Below are positions 29,566 to 38,427 of a stretch of 64,000 nucleotides of DNA, piece by piece (the stretch's first letter is position 1; the number at the start of each line of letters is the position of its first letter). The notes beneath the pieces were generated by a model. That model made no database searches. It saw only the letters and a program-made list of their open reading frames with translations, and had not been told where the DNA came from. This DNA comes from a virus (taxonomy: Duplodnaviria > Caudoviricetes). The stretch lies in the IMG/VR virus record IMGVR_UViG_3300027749_000034; one strand, 5' to 3'. The translations under genes were made by a program, and so were the position numbers.

Positions 29566-29570
29566 TTTAC

Positions 29571-30311
29571 ATGAGCTTTAATCAAAATAATCCAAACGCA
29601 GTTGTTGGAGACGGAGTTAGTGGAAGCCGTCAAGGACTAGGAATAATGCGCCCTGATACAATGGCCGCAGAACTGGCACTATTGCAACTTGGCGACTTTG
29701 AACCACTTGACTGGCACCTAGATGCACACAGTATTGATCGTGTCATTACTGAAAAATACAGCAACGACTGGGTAGATTACCTTCCAAGGACAGATCGTCC
29801 AAATAATCGTCGGTCAATGTCATTGACAACTATTCCAGGGTGGAACCACCAGAGTCCTCCCAGCATTCCAGAAGCAACAAACAAATTAGGCCGTGTGCCC
29901 TTTGAGCATGAGTTTTGTGTTCCTACGCAATTGTACCAAGATTGTGATCAAGCACATCCTGGACTTGATAGTTTAAAAGATTTCTTAGATGAATGGAATC
30001 CATTGGGTAGAACATTTATTGTCAATGCAGGAATTGGCGGATATTTTGTGCCACATCGCGACCATCCTGGCATGCCTCGCCCTTGCTTTCGTCTTGTTGC
30101 ATTCTTAAAGAATTGTGGACCATTGGAATATGATTGGTGGCAGGATGATAAAAAATTAAATATTGAATTAGGAAGAGTTTACTATGTAAACACTCGTAAA
30201 ACACACAGAACAATTTCATGGGCCAACGATTCGTGGCACCTGATACTTAATGTACCGTTTACAGCGGAAAATGTAAACCGGGTATTAAAACATTTACAGC
30301 ATAGACATTGA
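29571..30311 (+). CDS. Asp/Asn beta-hydroxylase-like 2OG-Fe(II) oxygenase
   Basis: GGYFVPHRD...GRVYYVNTRKTH...HLILNV. Confidence 0.72.
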   Translation: MSFNQNNPNAVVGDGVSGSRQGLGIMRPDTMAAELALLQLGDFEPLDWHLDAHSIDRVITEKYSNDWVDYLPRTDRPNNRRSMSLTTIPGWNHQSPPSIPEATNKLGRVPFEHEFCVPTQLYQDCDQAHPGLDSLKDFLDEWNPLGRTFIVNAGIGGYFVPHRDHPGMPRPCFRLVAFLKNCGPLEYDWWQDDKKLNIELGRVYYVNTRKTHRTISWANDSWHLILNVPFTAENVNRVLKHLQHRH

Positions 30312-30312
30312 T

Positions 30313-30960
30313 ATGATTATAACAGCAGGCCCCAAAGACGACAAGCGTGAGATTAAAATTGAATTGCCACCACAGCATCAACGCATTGGTGTCATGGTAT
30401 CAGGTGGTGCAGATAGTGCTATTTTACTGTATCTGTTGGCAACAGAATGGAAGCTGGCAAAAAGCAAACATGAGTTAATTACTCTATGTGTGCCACGCAC
30501 AGATGGAGCCTGGGATTACGCAGGTCCAATTGTTACTCGTGTTAACGAAATGCTGGGCTTAGACATTCCTCAGCCAATTATGGTAGGCGATCCAACAGTA
30601 CACCACAGCGAACAAACAAATACTGGTGAACGAGATGCTAGAATTAAACATGGCATTGAACATATCTTTTATGGTAGTCAACGGCATCCGCCTGTACCTA
30701 TGCCCGGTGAATATCCAGGCAGACCGGATCGGATTGAATACACTAATAAAGTTGGCATAGTTACAACAACCTGTCCATTTGCCTTGTTGGACAAGCGACA
30801 TACATTGGCATTATATGAAGCATTTGATGTATGGTCACTGATTGAAATTACACATAGTTGCACAGCATTGACCAAAGGTCGCTGTGGTGAATGTTACAAT
30901 TGTGTAGAGCGTGCCTGGGCTTTGGCAGACATGGGTTTCACTGACCCTGGAACAATGTAA
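30313..30960 (+). CDS. QueC-like PP-loop ATPase (7-cyano-7-deazaguanine synthase-like)
   Basis: VMVSGGADS PP-loop and C-terminal THSC-x7-CGECYNC zinc motif. Confidence 0.75.
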   Translation: MIITAGPKDDKREIKIELPPQHQRIGVMVSGGADSAILLYLLATEWKLAKSKHELITLCVPRTDGAWDYAGPIVTRVNEMLGLDIPQPIMVGDPTVHHSEQTNTGERDARIKHGIEHIFYGSQRHPPVPMPGEYPGRPDRIEYTNKVGIVTTTCPFALLDKRHTLALYEAFDVWSLIEITHSCTALTKGRCGECYNCVERAWALADMGFTDPGTM

Positions 30961-31900
30961 CTTTCTTTTTGTTTATTGCGATGTCAGCTGGACATTTGCA
31001 AAAAGGAATTTTGCATTTGACCGGGTCTTCCAAAATGCTAAAACTATCAATGAGTCCCAAGAACTTGGTTGCACAAAGTCCGGCCCAAATTTTTCCATCT
31101 GGCTCAATCATAAATCCAGTCTGTCCAGCTGTACATTCCCAACCATAAAATTTATGATTGTTGTTTGCTGTTAAACGATTTGGATTTAAATTAAATGAAG
31201 AACCGTCATCGTAATACCCAACAGAATTGTCTCCGGGATGCCGTTGTTCTCTTTGATATGCACTTCTTTTCTTGATAAAATCCATTTGTTCAGCGGTATA
31301 ATCATACAGCTGACCTTCAACAAATTGTGGATCAACTTCGTTCCTGTGTCTTGTCAAGATTTTACAAATAACAGCGTCATGCAGGGATGGATCAAGATGG
31401 TCGTAGACAGATTTGACCCAATCCCAATTTGCAGGATCAGCACATAAATTAAATCTCAACGATACTTTTTGACTGTCAAGGTACAATGCCAACTCATTAA
31501 TTTTTGCCAAGTCTGTAAATTCTGGGTGTAAAGATATAATGTTAAAACCTGGCAGTCTAGGTAATTTTTTCCACCACCCAACTGGTCGACTACCATTTGT
31601 AATCAAATCAACATGTCCACCAATGCTTTGAATTCTTTCAACTATTTCACCAAACAACGGATGCATAGTTGGCTCGCCACCGGTCAAGCAAACAATTAAT
31701 TTTTTGTCTCCCTTGATAGATTCTAGACGGTTTAAAAATACTCTAACACGCAGATCACTGGACAATTGATTGGCATGATAATATTTTCCTTCATGTACTG
31801 TTGGACTACAATAACTGCATGACCAATTGCAATAATCTGTCAGCTTCCAATAGAAAGTAATTGTATCTTCGGTGCGCTTGATTTCGATAAATTTTTTCAT
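30938..31900 (-). CDS. Radical SAM protein with C-terminal SPASM/twitch-like domain (#10)
   Basis: CNWSCSYC; TGGEP; C-terminal CTAG..IEPDG...C...C..PFCKC. Confidence 0.88.
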   Translation of the reverse strand: MKKFIEIKRTEDTITFYWKLTDYCNWSCSYCSPTVHEGKYYHANQLSSDLRVRVFLNRLESIKGDKKLIVCLTGGEPTMHPLFGEIVERIQSIGGHVDLITNGSRPVGWWKKLPRLPGFNIISLHPEFTDLAKINELALYLDSQKVSLRFNLCADPANWDWVKSVYDHLDPSLHDAVICKILTRHRNEVDPQFVEGQLYDYTAEQMDFIKKRSAYQREQRHPGDNSVGYYDDGSSFNLNPNRLTANNNHKFYGWECTAGQTGFMIEPDGKIWAGLCATKFLGLIDSFSILEDPVKCKIPFCKCPADIAINKKKVTLFQGQ

Positions 31901-32562
31901 AGTTTCTTTGATGTAAAAATACTTAGTCCAAGCTTTTTAGCAACACCTTGTCTTGGAAATGCACTACTGACATGAAGTCTGTTGCGTGGGAATGTGATTG
32001 GTACACCCGGTATCCATTGAAAGTTTTTATCTACCGATAGTCCCACAAAGTTACTGGGAATTAGATGTGGGCATTCATTGATCAATATGCCATCAATTGT
32101 CAAGTCGTCATCACGATTACCAACATCTTGATAGTCTTTGACTACAATATTATACTCACTTGGTTCGTCTGGACTGCCACTCAAAAAGAATGCCGCATCA
32201 CCTGACCATGTTTGATTTAGTATAAGCAGTCTAACCCTTTCAAGATTTGGCACAACATCGGGCTTGGCTGTAATGCTCAGGGGAAACACAAAAGTTTGCA
32301 GTACACGATCTGGACCTTCCTTACCTGTGTCTGCATGAACACGATATCCGGTATCTGTTTCAAAAAAGTTGCCACCAGCTGGTTCCCAAGTGCCTGTGCC
32401 CAGTACGCTGTCAATGATCGGTGTAACTATTTCTAGTGCTGGGCCAATGTCTAGTCCAAAGCACCTGCCTGGATATTCAATAAATTGCTTATTGGTTTTA
32501 AAACAATCAATCAGGGCCTGTGTTTGCTCTGCTGTAAGTGCAGGTAAAGTACTGGGATTCAT
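31897..32562 (-). CDS. 2OG-Fe(II) oxygenase-like protein
   Basis: YRVHAD...FVFPL...FPRNRLHVS. Confidence 0.6.
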   Translation of the reverse strand: MNPSTLPALTAEQTQALIDCFKTNKQFIEYPGRCFGLDIGPALEIVTPIIDSVLGTGTWEPAGGNFFETDTGYRVHADTGKEGPDRVLQTFVFPLSITAKPDVVPNLERVRLLILNQTWSGDAAFFLSGSPDEPSEYNIVVKDYQDVGNRDDDLTIDGILINECPHLIPSNFVGLSVDKNFQWIPGVPITFPRNRLHVSSAFPRQGVAKKLGLSIFTSKKL

Positions 32563-32567
32563 AGGGT

Positions 32568-32575
32568 TATTTATT
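32568..32575 (-). promoter_or_regulatory. Late promoter-like motif AATAAATA
   Basis: 5 nt before ATG 32562 on the minus strand. Confidence 0.45.
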
Positions 32576-32624
32576 GCAACTAAAAGTACTACTTTTCCGT
32601 TGTAAAAATACAACACAAAAACGG

Positions 32625-32653
32625 TTGACAAGTGGACCAGAGTTTGCTACAAT
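32625..32653 (+). promoter_or_regulatory. Strong sigma70-type early promoter
   Basis: TTGACA-17 bp-TACAAT with A-rich UP region. Confidence 0.8.
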
Positions 32654-32659
32654 AGTGGC

Positions 32660-33136
32660 ATGAAACAAAAAAACAAGGATCACGATATGAATTATGACAA
32701 TATAGTAAACACCCAAAAGGGCATGGCACAGATGGTGGGTCGGACCTTTGTCCGTGTCACTGGTGCTGTGGGTGGCAATGAGATGCTGTTTGAAACAGCC
32801 TCAGGCGAGCGATTCATGTTTGCTCATTGCCAGGATTGTTGCGAGACTGTGGATATCAATGACATTGTTGGTGACCTGCAGGACCTGGTTGGCTCTCCTT
32901 TGTTGATGGCCGAAGAAGTGGCTGGCGCTACAGAGCCAGACGAAGAGCACTATGAGAGCTATTCTTATACTTTCTACAAGTTCGCTACCCGCCGGGGTTA
33001 TGTGGATGTGCGTTGGTTGGGCGAGAGCAACGGCTACTACAGCGAGAGCGTGGACCTGTTCGTGGAGGGCGTGACTGTGGCAGAAAACCCACAGTTGAGC
33101 CTGGGAGAGTTGTTAAAAGCCAAACTAAACGGTTGA
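32660..33136 (+). CDS. Hypothetical phage protein (HCQDCCE motif)
   Basis: ORF track; stop codon lies inside the next -35 box. Confidence 0.7.
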   Translation: MKQKNKDHDMNYDNIVNTQKGMAQMVGRTFVRVTGAVGGNEMLFETASGERFMFAHCQDCCETVDINDIVGDLQDLVGSPLLMAEEVAGATEPDEEHYESYSYTFYKFATRRGYVDVRWLGESNGYYSESVDLFVEGVTVAENPQLSLGELLKAKLNG

Positions 33137-33161
33137 CAAGTGGTCCAATAGGCCGTATAAT
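33133..33161 (+). promoter_or_regulatory. Strong sigma70-type early promoter
   Basis: TTGACA-17 bp-TATAAT (perfect consensus). Confidence 0.85.
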
Positions 33162-33191
33162 AAACACATAAACAGTAAAAAGGAGCTCAGA

Positions 33192-33518
33192 ATGTTTGCA
33201 CTAGACAATATCGAATCCATCCATAACACCGCTACTGCGGCGGCCCAAAAAGCCGAAGCTGACTTTCGTACTCGTCACGGTGAGCCCGGCTACTGCGGTT
33301 TTGCCTGGGTGCATGTGAGCGAAAAGGCATCAACCAAATTGGGCCGTGCGCTGAAAACTGTGGGCTTCAAGCCTGCTTATGGTGGCGGACTTCAACTTTG
33401 GAATCCTGGTGGTAGCTTCACGCAAAGCATGGACATCAAAGAAACCGGCGCACAGGCCTACGCTGATGTTCTCAAGTCACATGGCATCACTGCCTACATG
33501 AGTTCAAGAGCAGACTAA
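33192..33518 (+). CDS. Hypothetical phage protein (CGFAWV motif)
   Basis: AAGGAG SD; ORF track. Confidence 0.7.
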   Translation: MFALDNIESIHNTATAAAQKAEADFRTRHGEPGYCGFAWVHVSEKASTKLGRALKTVGFKPAYGGGLQLWNPGGSFTQSMDIKETGAQAYADVLKSHGITAYMSSRAD

Positions 33519-33527
33519 GGAGCGACC

Positions 33528-33803
33528 ATGCGTACAAAAACAATCATTGACGGTTTTAAGAACAGCCAGAAGTTTCGAGTAATTTGGAATACTGCTGGCG
33601 GTAGCGAAACTGATGTTGGCCTTTATATGACAATCCAGCAGATGTCAGAATCAATGGCCACTACCAATGCTCGTGTGGCAGTTTGGACTGCTCTGGAAAG
33701 ATTAAGTTACGATCGTCAAATGGCATTGGCCACGCACAAGCCTGAACCAACGGGCATTGGCATCACAGTAAATAAGTTTCAAGTTCAAGTCAGTCTTGCC
33801 TAA
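33528..33803 (+). CDS. Hypothetical protein
   Basis: AAGGAG SD. Confidence 0.65.
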   Translation: MRTKTIIDGFKNSQKFRVIWNTAGGSETDVGLYMTIQQMSESMATTNARVAVWTALERLSYDRQMALATHKPEPTGIGITVNKFQVQVSLA

Positions 33804-33812
33804 GGAATTATC

Positions 33813-33896
33813 ATGTCAGACTTGGAAATTCTTATAACAGTGGCAGTGGTGGCAATTATTTTTGCTGTCAAGGTTTGGATTCTTACTAAAATTTAA
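33813..33896 (+). CDS. Small single-TM protein (27 aa)
   Basis: TAAGGA SD; MSDLEILITVAVVAIIFAVKVWILTKI; below the ORF-track cutoff. Confidence 0.55.
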   Translation: MSDLEILITVAVVAIIFAVKVWILTKI

Positions 33897-33905
33897 GGAA
33901 CTGCA

Positions 33906-34109
33906 ATGAAAGATTTTTTTAAAAGATTCGTAAATTTACTAGTAATCCTAGGTACTTGTATAGGTATTGGACTCTTGGTATTACCGAGATATGATTATAA
34001 AATTGAATGTGTTGGATTAATGGTTGTTGGGTATGCATGTATTGCCGGATTAAATTACTTATTTTTTGGCAAGCCTGCTATTTGGAATACAACTGGAGTA
34101 TTAAAATGA
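33906..34109 (+). CDS. Small membrane protein
   Basis: AAGGA SD; two hydrophobic segments. Confidence 0.6.
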   Translation: MKDFFKRFVNLLVILGTCIGIGLLVLPRYDYKIECVGLMVVGYACIAGLNYLFFGKPAIWNTTGVLK

Positions 34110-34246
34110 AAGTCGTCTACAACGGTATTTTGGGTGGTTGGTACATTGTGCGAGGCGCACATCAAACACCCATCTCGGGTCGCTTTGATTCAAAGGAAGC
34201 CGCACTGGCTCACCTGCGTCGACGCAATCCTTTGCATACAATCTAA
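34106..34246 (+). CDS. Hypothetical protein
   Basis: GGAG SD; ATGA overlap. Confidence 0.6.
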   Translation: MKVVYNGILGGWYIVRGAHQTPISGRFDSKEAALAHLRRRNPLHTI

Positions 34247-34255
34247 GGAGTTGAT

Positions 34256-34474
34256 ATGGGCTATGCCGTGCTAGCAGACAAGACGCAGATGGATCAGATG
34301 CGTGTCAAGTATGGACCTAGAAAAGGACTAGAGGGGCCTTTTAATTTCAGCGGTCGTGTGTTATACTATGACAATGCAGAAGGTGCATACTATGACCCAA
34401 CCACAGACTTTTATATGGAACAAGATGAAATGGATCTTATCCAACAACGAATTGTTGACCGACTTTCAAGGTAG
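34256..34474 (+). CDS. Hypothetical protein
   Basis: AAGGAG SD. Confidence 0.65.
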   Translation: MGYAVLADKTQMDQMRVKYGPRKGLEGPFNFSGRVLYYDNAEGAYYDPTTDFYMEQDEMDLIQQRIVDRLSR

Positions 34475-34477
34475 TAT

Positions 34478-34750
34478 ATGAACGAACGAATTCGACAACT
34501 ACTGGTTGAGGCTCAGGCCTTGGCCCGTGAGCAAGTCAAGAACACGCCCGAACTTGCAAAGTATGCGCCTAGTTATGCCATACCCGGCACACAGATTCAT
34601 GTGGGACTTGGACTCAGTTATGAAAAGTTCGCCGAGTTGATTGTGGCGGAATGTATGAAGTTGAATTCGAAAGAATTGTCAATCACGGCCATTGAACGCC
34701 TGCTACCATTGTATCGAGAACATTTTGGAGTTGAAGATGTGGGCTCGTGA
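34478..34750 (+). CDS. MNERI...KFAELIV.EC...HFGVE repeat-family protein, copy 1
   Basis: Shared terminal motifs with 34930 and 35142. Confidence 0.75.
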   Translation: MNERIRQLLVEAQALAREQVKNTPELAKYAPSYAIPGTQIHVGLGLSYEKFAELIVAECMKLNSKELSITAIERLLPLYREHFGVEDVGS

Positions 34751-34958
34751 ACAAAGTTATGTTTATCTCAAGCAGTACATACAATGTCGCAACAACACAC
34801 CCTGGCCCATGGCTGTACCGCAAGCACATGACCGTGCCAGATGGACCTTACAACATCTGGGTGGCCTAGCCAGCAGTTGGGACATACGCCGTAGTGACTG
34901 TACATATTATTATCCACAAAGGACAAACAATGAACGAACGAATTCTAGAACTTGCTGA
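34737..34958 (+). CDS. Possible hypothetical protein between copies 1 and 2
   Basis: ATG preceded by GGAG supplied by the end of copy 1; overlaps copy 2 by 29 nt. Confidence 0.35.
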   Translation: MWAREQSYVYLKQYIQCRNNTPWPMAVPQAHDRARWTLQHLGGLASSWDIRRSDCTYYYPQRTNNERTNSRTC

Positions 34959-35145
34959 TAAGGCTGTTGAAGACATGCCCTCTGGTCCTTGGAACATTCC
35001 TGATGAATTTTGTAAAAAGTTCGCCGAGTTGATTGTTCGGGAATGTGCCCAAATATGTCGGAACCAGCCCAATGTCTATGCATTAAAAGTAGATAGAGAT
35101 AATTGTGCCATTGCCATCGAACAACATTTCGGAGTTGAAGAATGA
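34930..35145 (+). CDS. MNERI repeat-family protein, copy 2
   Basis: MNERILEL...KFAELIVREC...HFGVEE. Confidence 0.75.
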   Translation: MNERILELADKAVEDMPSGPWNIPDEFCKKFAELIVRECAQICRNQPNVYALKVDRDNCAIAIEQHFGVEE

Positions 35146-35354
35146 ACGAACGAATTAATGAACTATTTGAACAGGCTTCTAACGAATTCTCAGCCGAACA
35201 CAAATACGCTACCTTCATTGTTCCCAATCCTTTGAAAGAAAAGTTCGCCGAGTTGATTGTTCAGGAATGTGCTGAACAGGTTGATTGGATAATGGCTGAA
35301 GGTGGAAAGACACAAGGTGATTTGATTAAAAAACATTTCGGAGTTGAACCGTGA
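35142..35354 (+). CDS. MNERI repeat-family protein, copy 3
   Basis: MNERINEL...KFAELIVQEC...HFGVEP. Confidence 0.75.
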   Translation: MNERINELFEQASNEFSAEHKYATFIVPNPLKEKFAELIVQECAEQVDWIMAEGGKTQGDLIKKHFGVEP

Positions 35355-36049
35355 ACAATGAAGAGCGGAAAAACTTTATCAAAAAGAAAAAGCTTCCTCT
35401 CGCCGAGGCATGGGCTCTTGTGGCCATGGCTGATCGTGTCAACGAAGGACAGTATATCAAGTTTCCTGAATTTGACCAAGACACCGGCGTTGTAGCAAAG
35501 CATCCAAATAGAGAACTTATCAAAACTCAACTGGCACTTGGATGCCCCAATGTGACCGAAACAGATCGTCAATTTGGCCAGTCCATGGGCGAGCACTTTC
35601 AAGGTATTGCGTTCAAAGCATTATCAGAGCGCCTGAATGAGTTTGATCAAAAGATCATGAACTTCATCACTCAAGACGAAGTTGATACCACCATGGGCAT
35701 GGCCTACTTGGCCTGCATGGCAGTTCGTTACCGGCGTGAACTGGCCAAGGAAATCAAAAATGAAGTACTGCTACGAGTTGGTGGCACCAGCATACATCAA
35801 GGCAGTATAGATCAGCATCTGCGTCTTCGAGTGCAAGTGATGAGCAAGTTCGAAGGCAAGGCATTTCCTGGATCTGTTGTTCGTGCCACAGACGGTACCA
35901 ACCTGTATTTTTGGACCAGTAGCAAAATGATTGACATGTGGCCTGATGCTCCAGAAGAATTTGAAATTGTTGGCGTGGTTAAAACACATCAAACAGACAG
36001 AGATGGCAATGCCGAAACCCGATTGACCAGAGTTAAATTGACAATGTGA
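35351..36049 (+). CDS. Hypothetical protein (possible C-terminal OB-fold)
   Basis: GTG start overlapping the copy 3 stop; beta-rich C-terminus. Confidence 0.65.
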   Translation: MNNEERKNFIKKKKLPLAEAWALVAMADRVNEGQYIKFPEFDQDTGVVAKHPNRELIKTQLALGCPNVTETDRQFGQSMGEHFQGIAFKALSERLNEFDQKIMNFITQDEVDTTMGMAYLACMAVRYRRELAKEIKNEVLLRVGGTSIHQGSIDQHLRLRVQVMSKFEGKAFPGSVVRATDGTNLYFWTSSKMIDMWPDAPEEFEIVGVVKTHQTDRDGNAETRLTRVKLTM

Positions 36050-36071
36050 CCAACATACAACAGCATAGTCC

Positions 36072-36079
36072 ATTAAATA
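36072..36079 (+). promoter_or_regulatory. Late promoter-like motif ATTAAATA
   Basis: 5 nt before ATG 36085. Confidence 0.4.
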
Positions 36080-36084
36080 ACAGC

Positions 36085-36708
36085 ATGCGAAATAATACAA
36101 CTGCCACTGGATATGCTGAAATGTTTGAATGGGCTGATGGCAACCCAGACTGTGAGGACAGGGCCGCCTATTCTGTAGTAATTGATCATGACGATAAAAT
36201 TCGAATCGCAGGCCACGGCGATATTCCGTTTGGAATTGTGGCAGGTGATAATACCAGTGTGCATCATATCAGTGGAGCAAACACAGACGAATGGCATGGC
36301 AAACATGTTCGAGACTCGGCAAAAAGATTAGTCTGGGAAAAGCAATACATGGTTGAGTGGATAGAAAAAGGTTACCGCCATTGGTATGAACAGGATAGAA
36401 TTCCAGCCGGAATAACGGTGCCAGCAGATGCCAAAGTATACGATCATTACCCCACCAAACAGGGAGAATTTACTGTGATGATTCCATTGCGAAGGCAAGT
36501 GCAGACCAAAGAATACAGTGAAAATACAAGATCGCTACTGCCATATCTTCCAAGGTTTGAAAGAAAAGAATGGGCAATTGTTGTCATAATGGGCAGAGCT
36601 CTGTTACGGGGACAGCAACCTTTTCACCCCAATTGGATTGATTTAGGATTGCAAGATTTGACCATTGGTGAGTTTGAAAATAATTTGTACGAATTTTTAG
36701 TAAAATGA
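36085..36708 (+). CDS. Peptidase G2-like (intramolecular chaperone) domain protein
   Basis: GYAEMFEWADGN..EDR...PFGIV...YLPRFERKEWAIV. Confidence 0.7.
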   Translation: MRNNTTATGYAEMFEWADGNPDCEDRAAYSVVIDHDDKIRIAGHGDIPFGIVAGDNTSVHHISGANTDEWHGKHVRDSAKRLVWEKQYMVEWIEKGYRHWYEQDRIPAGITVPADAKVYDHYPTKQGEFTVMIPLRRQVQTKEYSENTRSLLPYLPRFERKEWAIVVIMGRALLRGQQPFHPNWIDLGLQDLTIGEFENNLYEFLVK

Positions 36709-36998
36709 GTGTCTGGACTCGGTTTAAAAGGAAATATATGAGTAATACAAAAAGCATTGAGGCCATCGAACTTGATGCACAGGTCAGTAATATGATCATG
36801 GGTGGCCTAAAAGAGATGCTCAACAACAAAGAGTACTGTTACATCAGTTCAAATCCCAGGTACAGTGAATTGCAAGAACCGGGCGAACGCTATGTTGTTT
36901 CATTGATACAAAGTATTTTGCCCAAGCTAATAGAATCTCGCAACGAATCCTTAAAGGATTTTGCTGAAAAACACATGCTTGACCAGCTGTCACGATGA
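36705..36998 (+). CDS. Hypothetical protein
   Basis: ORF track; ATGA overlap. Confidence 0.6.
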   Translation: MSVWTRFKRKYMSNTKSIEAIELDAQVSNMIMGGLKEMLNNKEYCYISSNPRYSELQEPGERYVVSLIQSILPKLIESRNESLKDFAEKHMLDQLSR

Positions 36999-37000
36999 TA

Positions 37001-37008
37001 CATAAATA
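37001..37008 (+). promoter_or_regulatory. Late promoter-like motif CATAAATA
   Basis: 4 nt before ATG 37013. Confidence 0.5.
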
Positions 37009-37012
37009 GAAC

Positions 37013-37885
37013 ATGGAAATAAAGAATATATTTGATGCATGGGGAACAGAGTTTACAGACATGAGTGATCTGTCTGCACAAGATCCTCAAGCACTAAAAA
37101 AACTGTTGTACGATCGTAAGATGTTGGTATTTCATGCTCCAAATTGGACCAAGTTGGAATATTGGAATTTCCTGGCCTTATGGGGTCAGCCGTGGAATGC
37201 CCTAGATTATCAAAAGAGCACAGAGAAGTGGGAACCAATTAGAGACCCTGCTACCGGTTCTATCAGATATATCACTCAAATGAGTAATAAAATCAGCAAG
37301 CGACTGGTAGACTACGAAATGCCTTGGCATGCTGATATTGCCAACAGAGTCGATGGCAAGACAAATTTCCCGCATCGTTGCATTTATATGAAAACAGTCC
37401 CAAATGCCCAGGCTGGTTTTACCTATTGGTTAGATATGGAATTGGCCTACCCAGAAGTGCATCCGACTCTACGAAAACGCTGGGAAAGCATTACAATCAT
37501 GCAACAAAACTGGCACCACCCTGGTCGAGACATAATTGAATGGCCGTCAATGAAACAGCACCCAGTCACACAACGATGGAGTCCTCGTTGCAACTATCAC
37601 GGAATAAAAGATTCCTGGATCTTGGATACCATGCGTGATGGTGTTAGCATGGGCACAGGTATTGTAGAAGAATTAATGGAAGCCATGGCAGAAATACCAG
37701 AGTGTGTGTACGAACATCACTGGACACCTAATGACATTGTTTTATATGACAACTGGCCGTTTGTGCACCGCCGCGGTGAACTAGGATTAGATACAGGTGC
37801 AATCAGATTGATGTGGAGAGCAAATGTCGAGCACGATCTAGACCTGGCCACAGAGTATCAGGCTTCCAGTTCAGCATCCCAATAA
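37013..37885 (+). CDS. TauD/TfdA-family 2OG-Fe(II) dioxygenase
   Basis: PWHAD...T.W.DM...HHWTPNDIVLYDN..FVHRR...RLMWR. Confidence 0.88.
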   Translation: MEIKNIFDAWGTEFTDMSDLSAQDPQALKKLLYDRKMLVFHAPNWTKLEYWNFLALWGQPWNALDYQKSTEKWEPIRDPATGSIRYITQMSNKISKRLVDYEMPWHADIANRVDGKTNFPHRCIYMKTVPNAQAGFTYWLDMELAYPEVHPTLRKRWESITIMQQNWHHPGRDIIEWPSMKQHPVTQRWSPRCNYHGIKDSWILDTMRDGVSMGTGIVEELMEAMAEIPECVYEHHWTPNDIVLYDNWPFVHRRGELGLDTGAIRLMWRANVEHDLDLATEYQASSSASQ

Positions 37886-38415
37886 AGATAATCTCTCCAA
37901 GTTTCGTGCAGGTACTTTTGAGGAATTCTTTTTCCTCGAGCATGTAAATCCCAACTGGTTGGTTGCTTGGGTTTGATCATTGGAAACATTTTAGCTTCAG
38001 CTGGTAACTTACTGCCCTTTCGATGATTGCATGGGCTACAAGCGGCCACCACATTGGTCCATGAACTAACACCACCGTGATGCCTTGGAATCACATGGTC
38101 AAAGGTCAGCGCACGAGTTTCAAATTCACAACCGCAATATTGGCAAGTGAAATTGTCACGAAGGTAAACATTGTACCTGCTGAATGTTGGCGTTTGGTCT
38201 CGCTTGACATAGTCTTTGAGCGCAATCACACTGGGCAATCGCCAGGCGCGGTTTGCACTATGTATTTCATATTCGTATTCTTCAACTATGGTAACTCGGT
38301 CCGACACAATGGCTTTGATTGCATCTTGCCAATTGACCGTGCTCAATGGATGGATATGAAATGGTTGAAAGTCTGCGTTTAATAACAGCGCAGGATATTG
38401 GTTGTCGAGTAGCAT
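37858..38415 (-). CDS. HNH endonuclease (McrA-like)
   Basis: NVYLRDNFTCQYCG...TFDHVIPRHHGG...WTNVVAACSPCNHRKG. Confidence 0.92.
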   Translation of the reverse strand: MLLDNQYPALLLNADFQPFHIHPLSTVNWQDAIKAIVSDRVTIVEEYEYEIHSANRAWRLPSVIALKDYVKRDQTPTFSRYNVYLRDNFTCQYCGCEFETRALTFDHVIPRHHGGVSSWTNVVAACSPCNHRKGSKLPAEAKMFPMIKPKQPTSWDLHARGKRIPQKYLHETWRDYLYWDAELEA

Positions 38416-38419
38416 GGTA

Positions 38420-38427
38420 TATTTATA
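38420..38427 (-). promoter_or_regulatory. T4-type late promoter TATAAATA
   Basis: Exact consensus 4 nt before the HNH ATG. Confidence 0.55.

Larger units (their letters stand above)
32619..33143. repeat. 17-bp direct repeat AAACGGTTGACAAGTGG (32619-32635 and 33127-33143)
   Basis: Identical copies flank one ORF; each contains a -35 box. Confidence 0.8.

Noticed and set aside
30938-31900. Radical SAM #10 as QueE
   Set aside because: It has a C-terminal multi-Cys SPASM/twitch-like extension and lacks the compact QueE layout. Adjacency to the QueC-like gene alone is insufficient.
34478-35354. CRISPR array
   Set aside because: Repeats are three different blocks in coding frame with irregular spacing, and no cas genes are present. 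They are better explained as a paralogous protein family.
37858-38415. HNH gene as part of a group I intron or intein
   Set aside because: It is free-standing, with its own promoter motif, and does not interrupt a gene; TauD on the opposite strand is intact.
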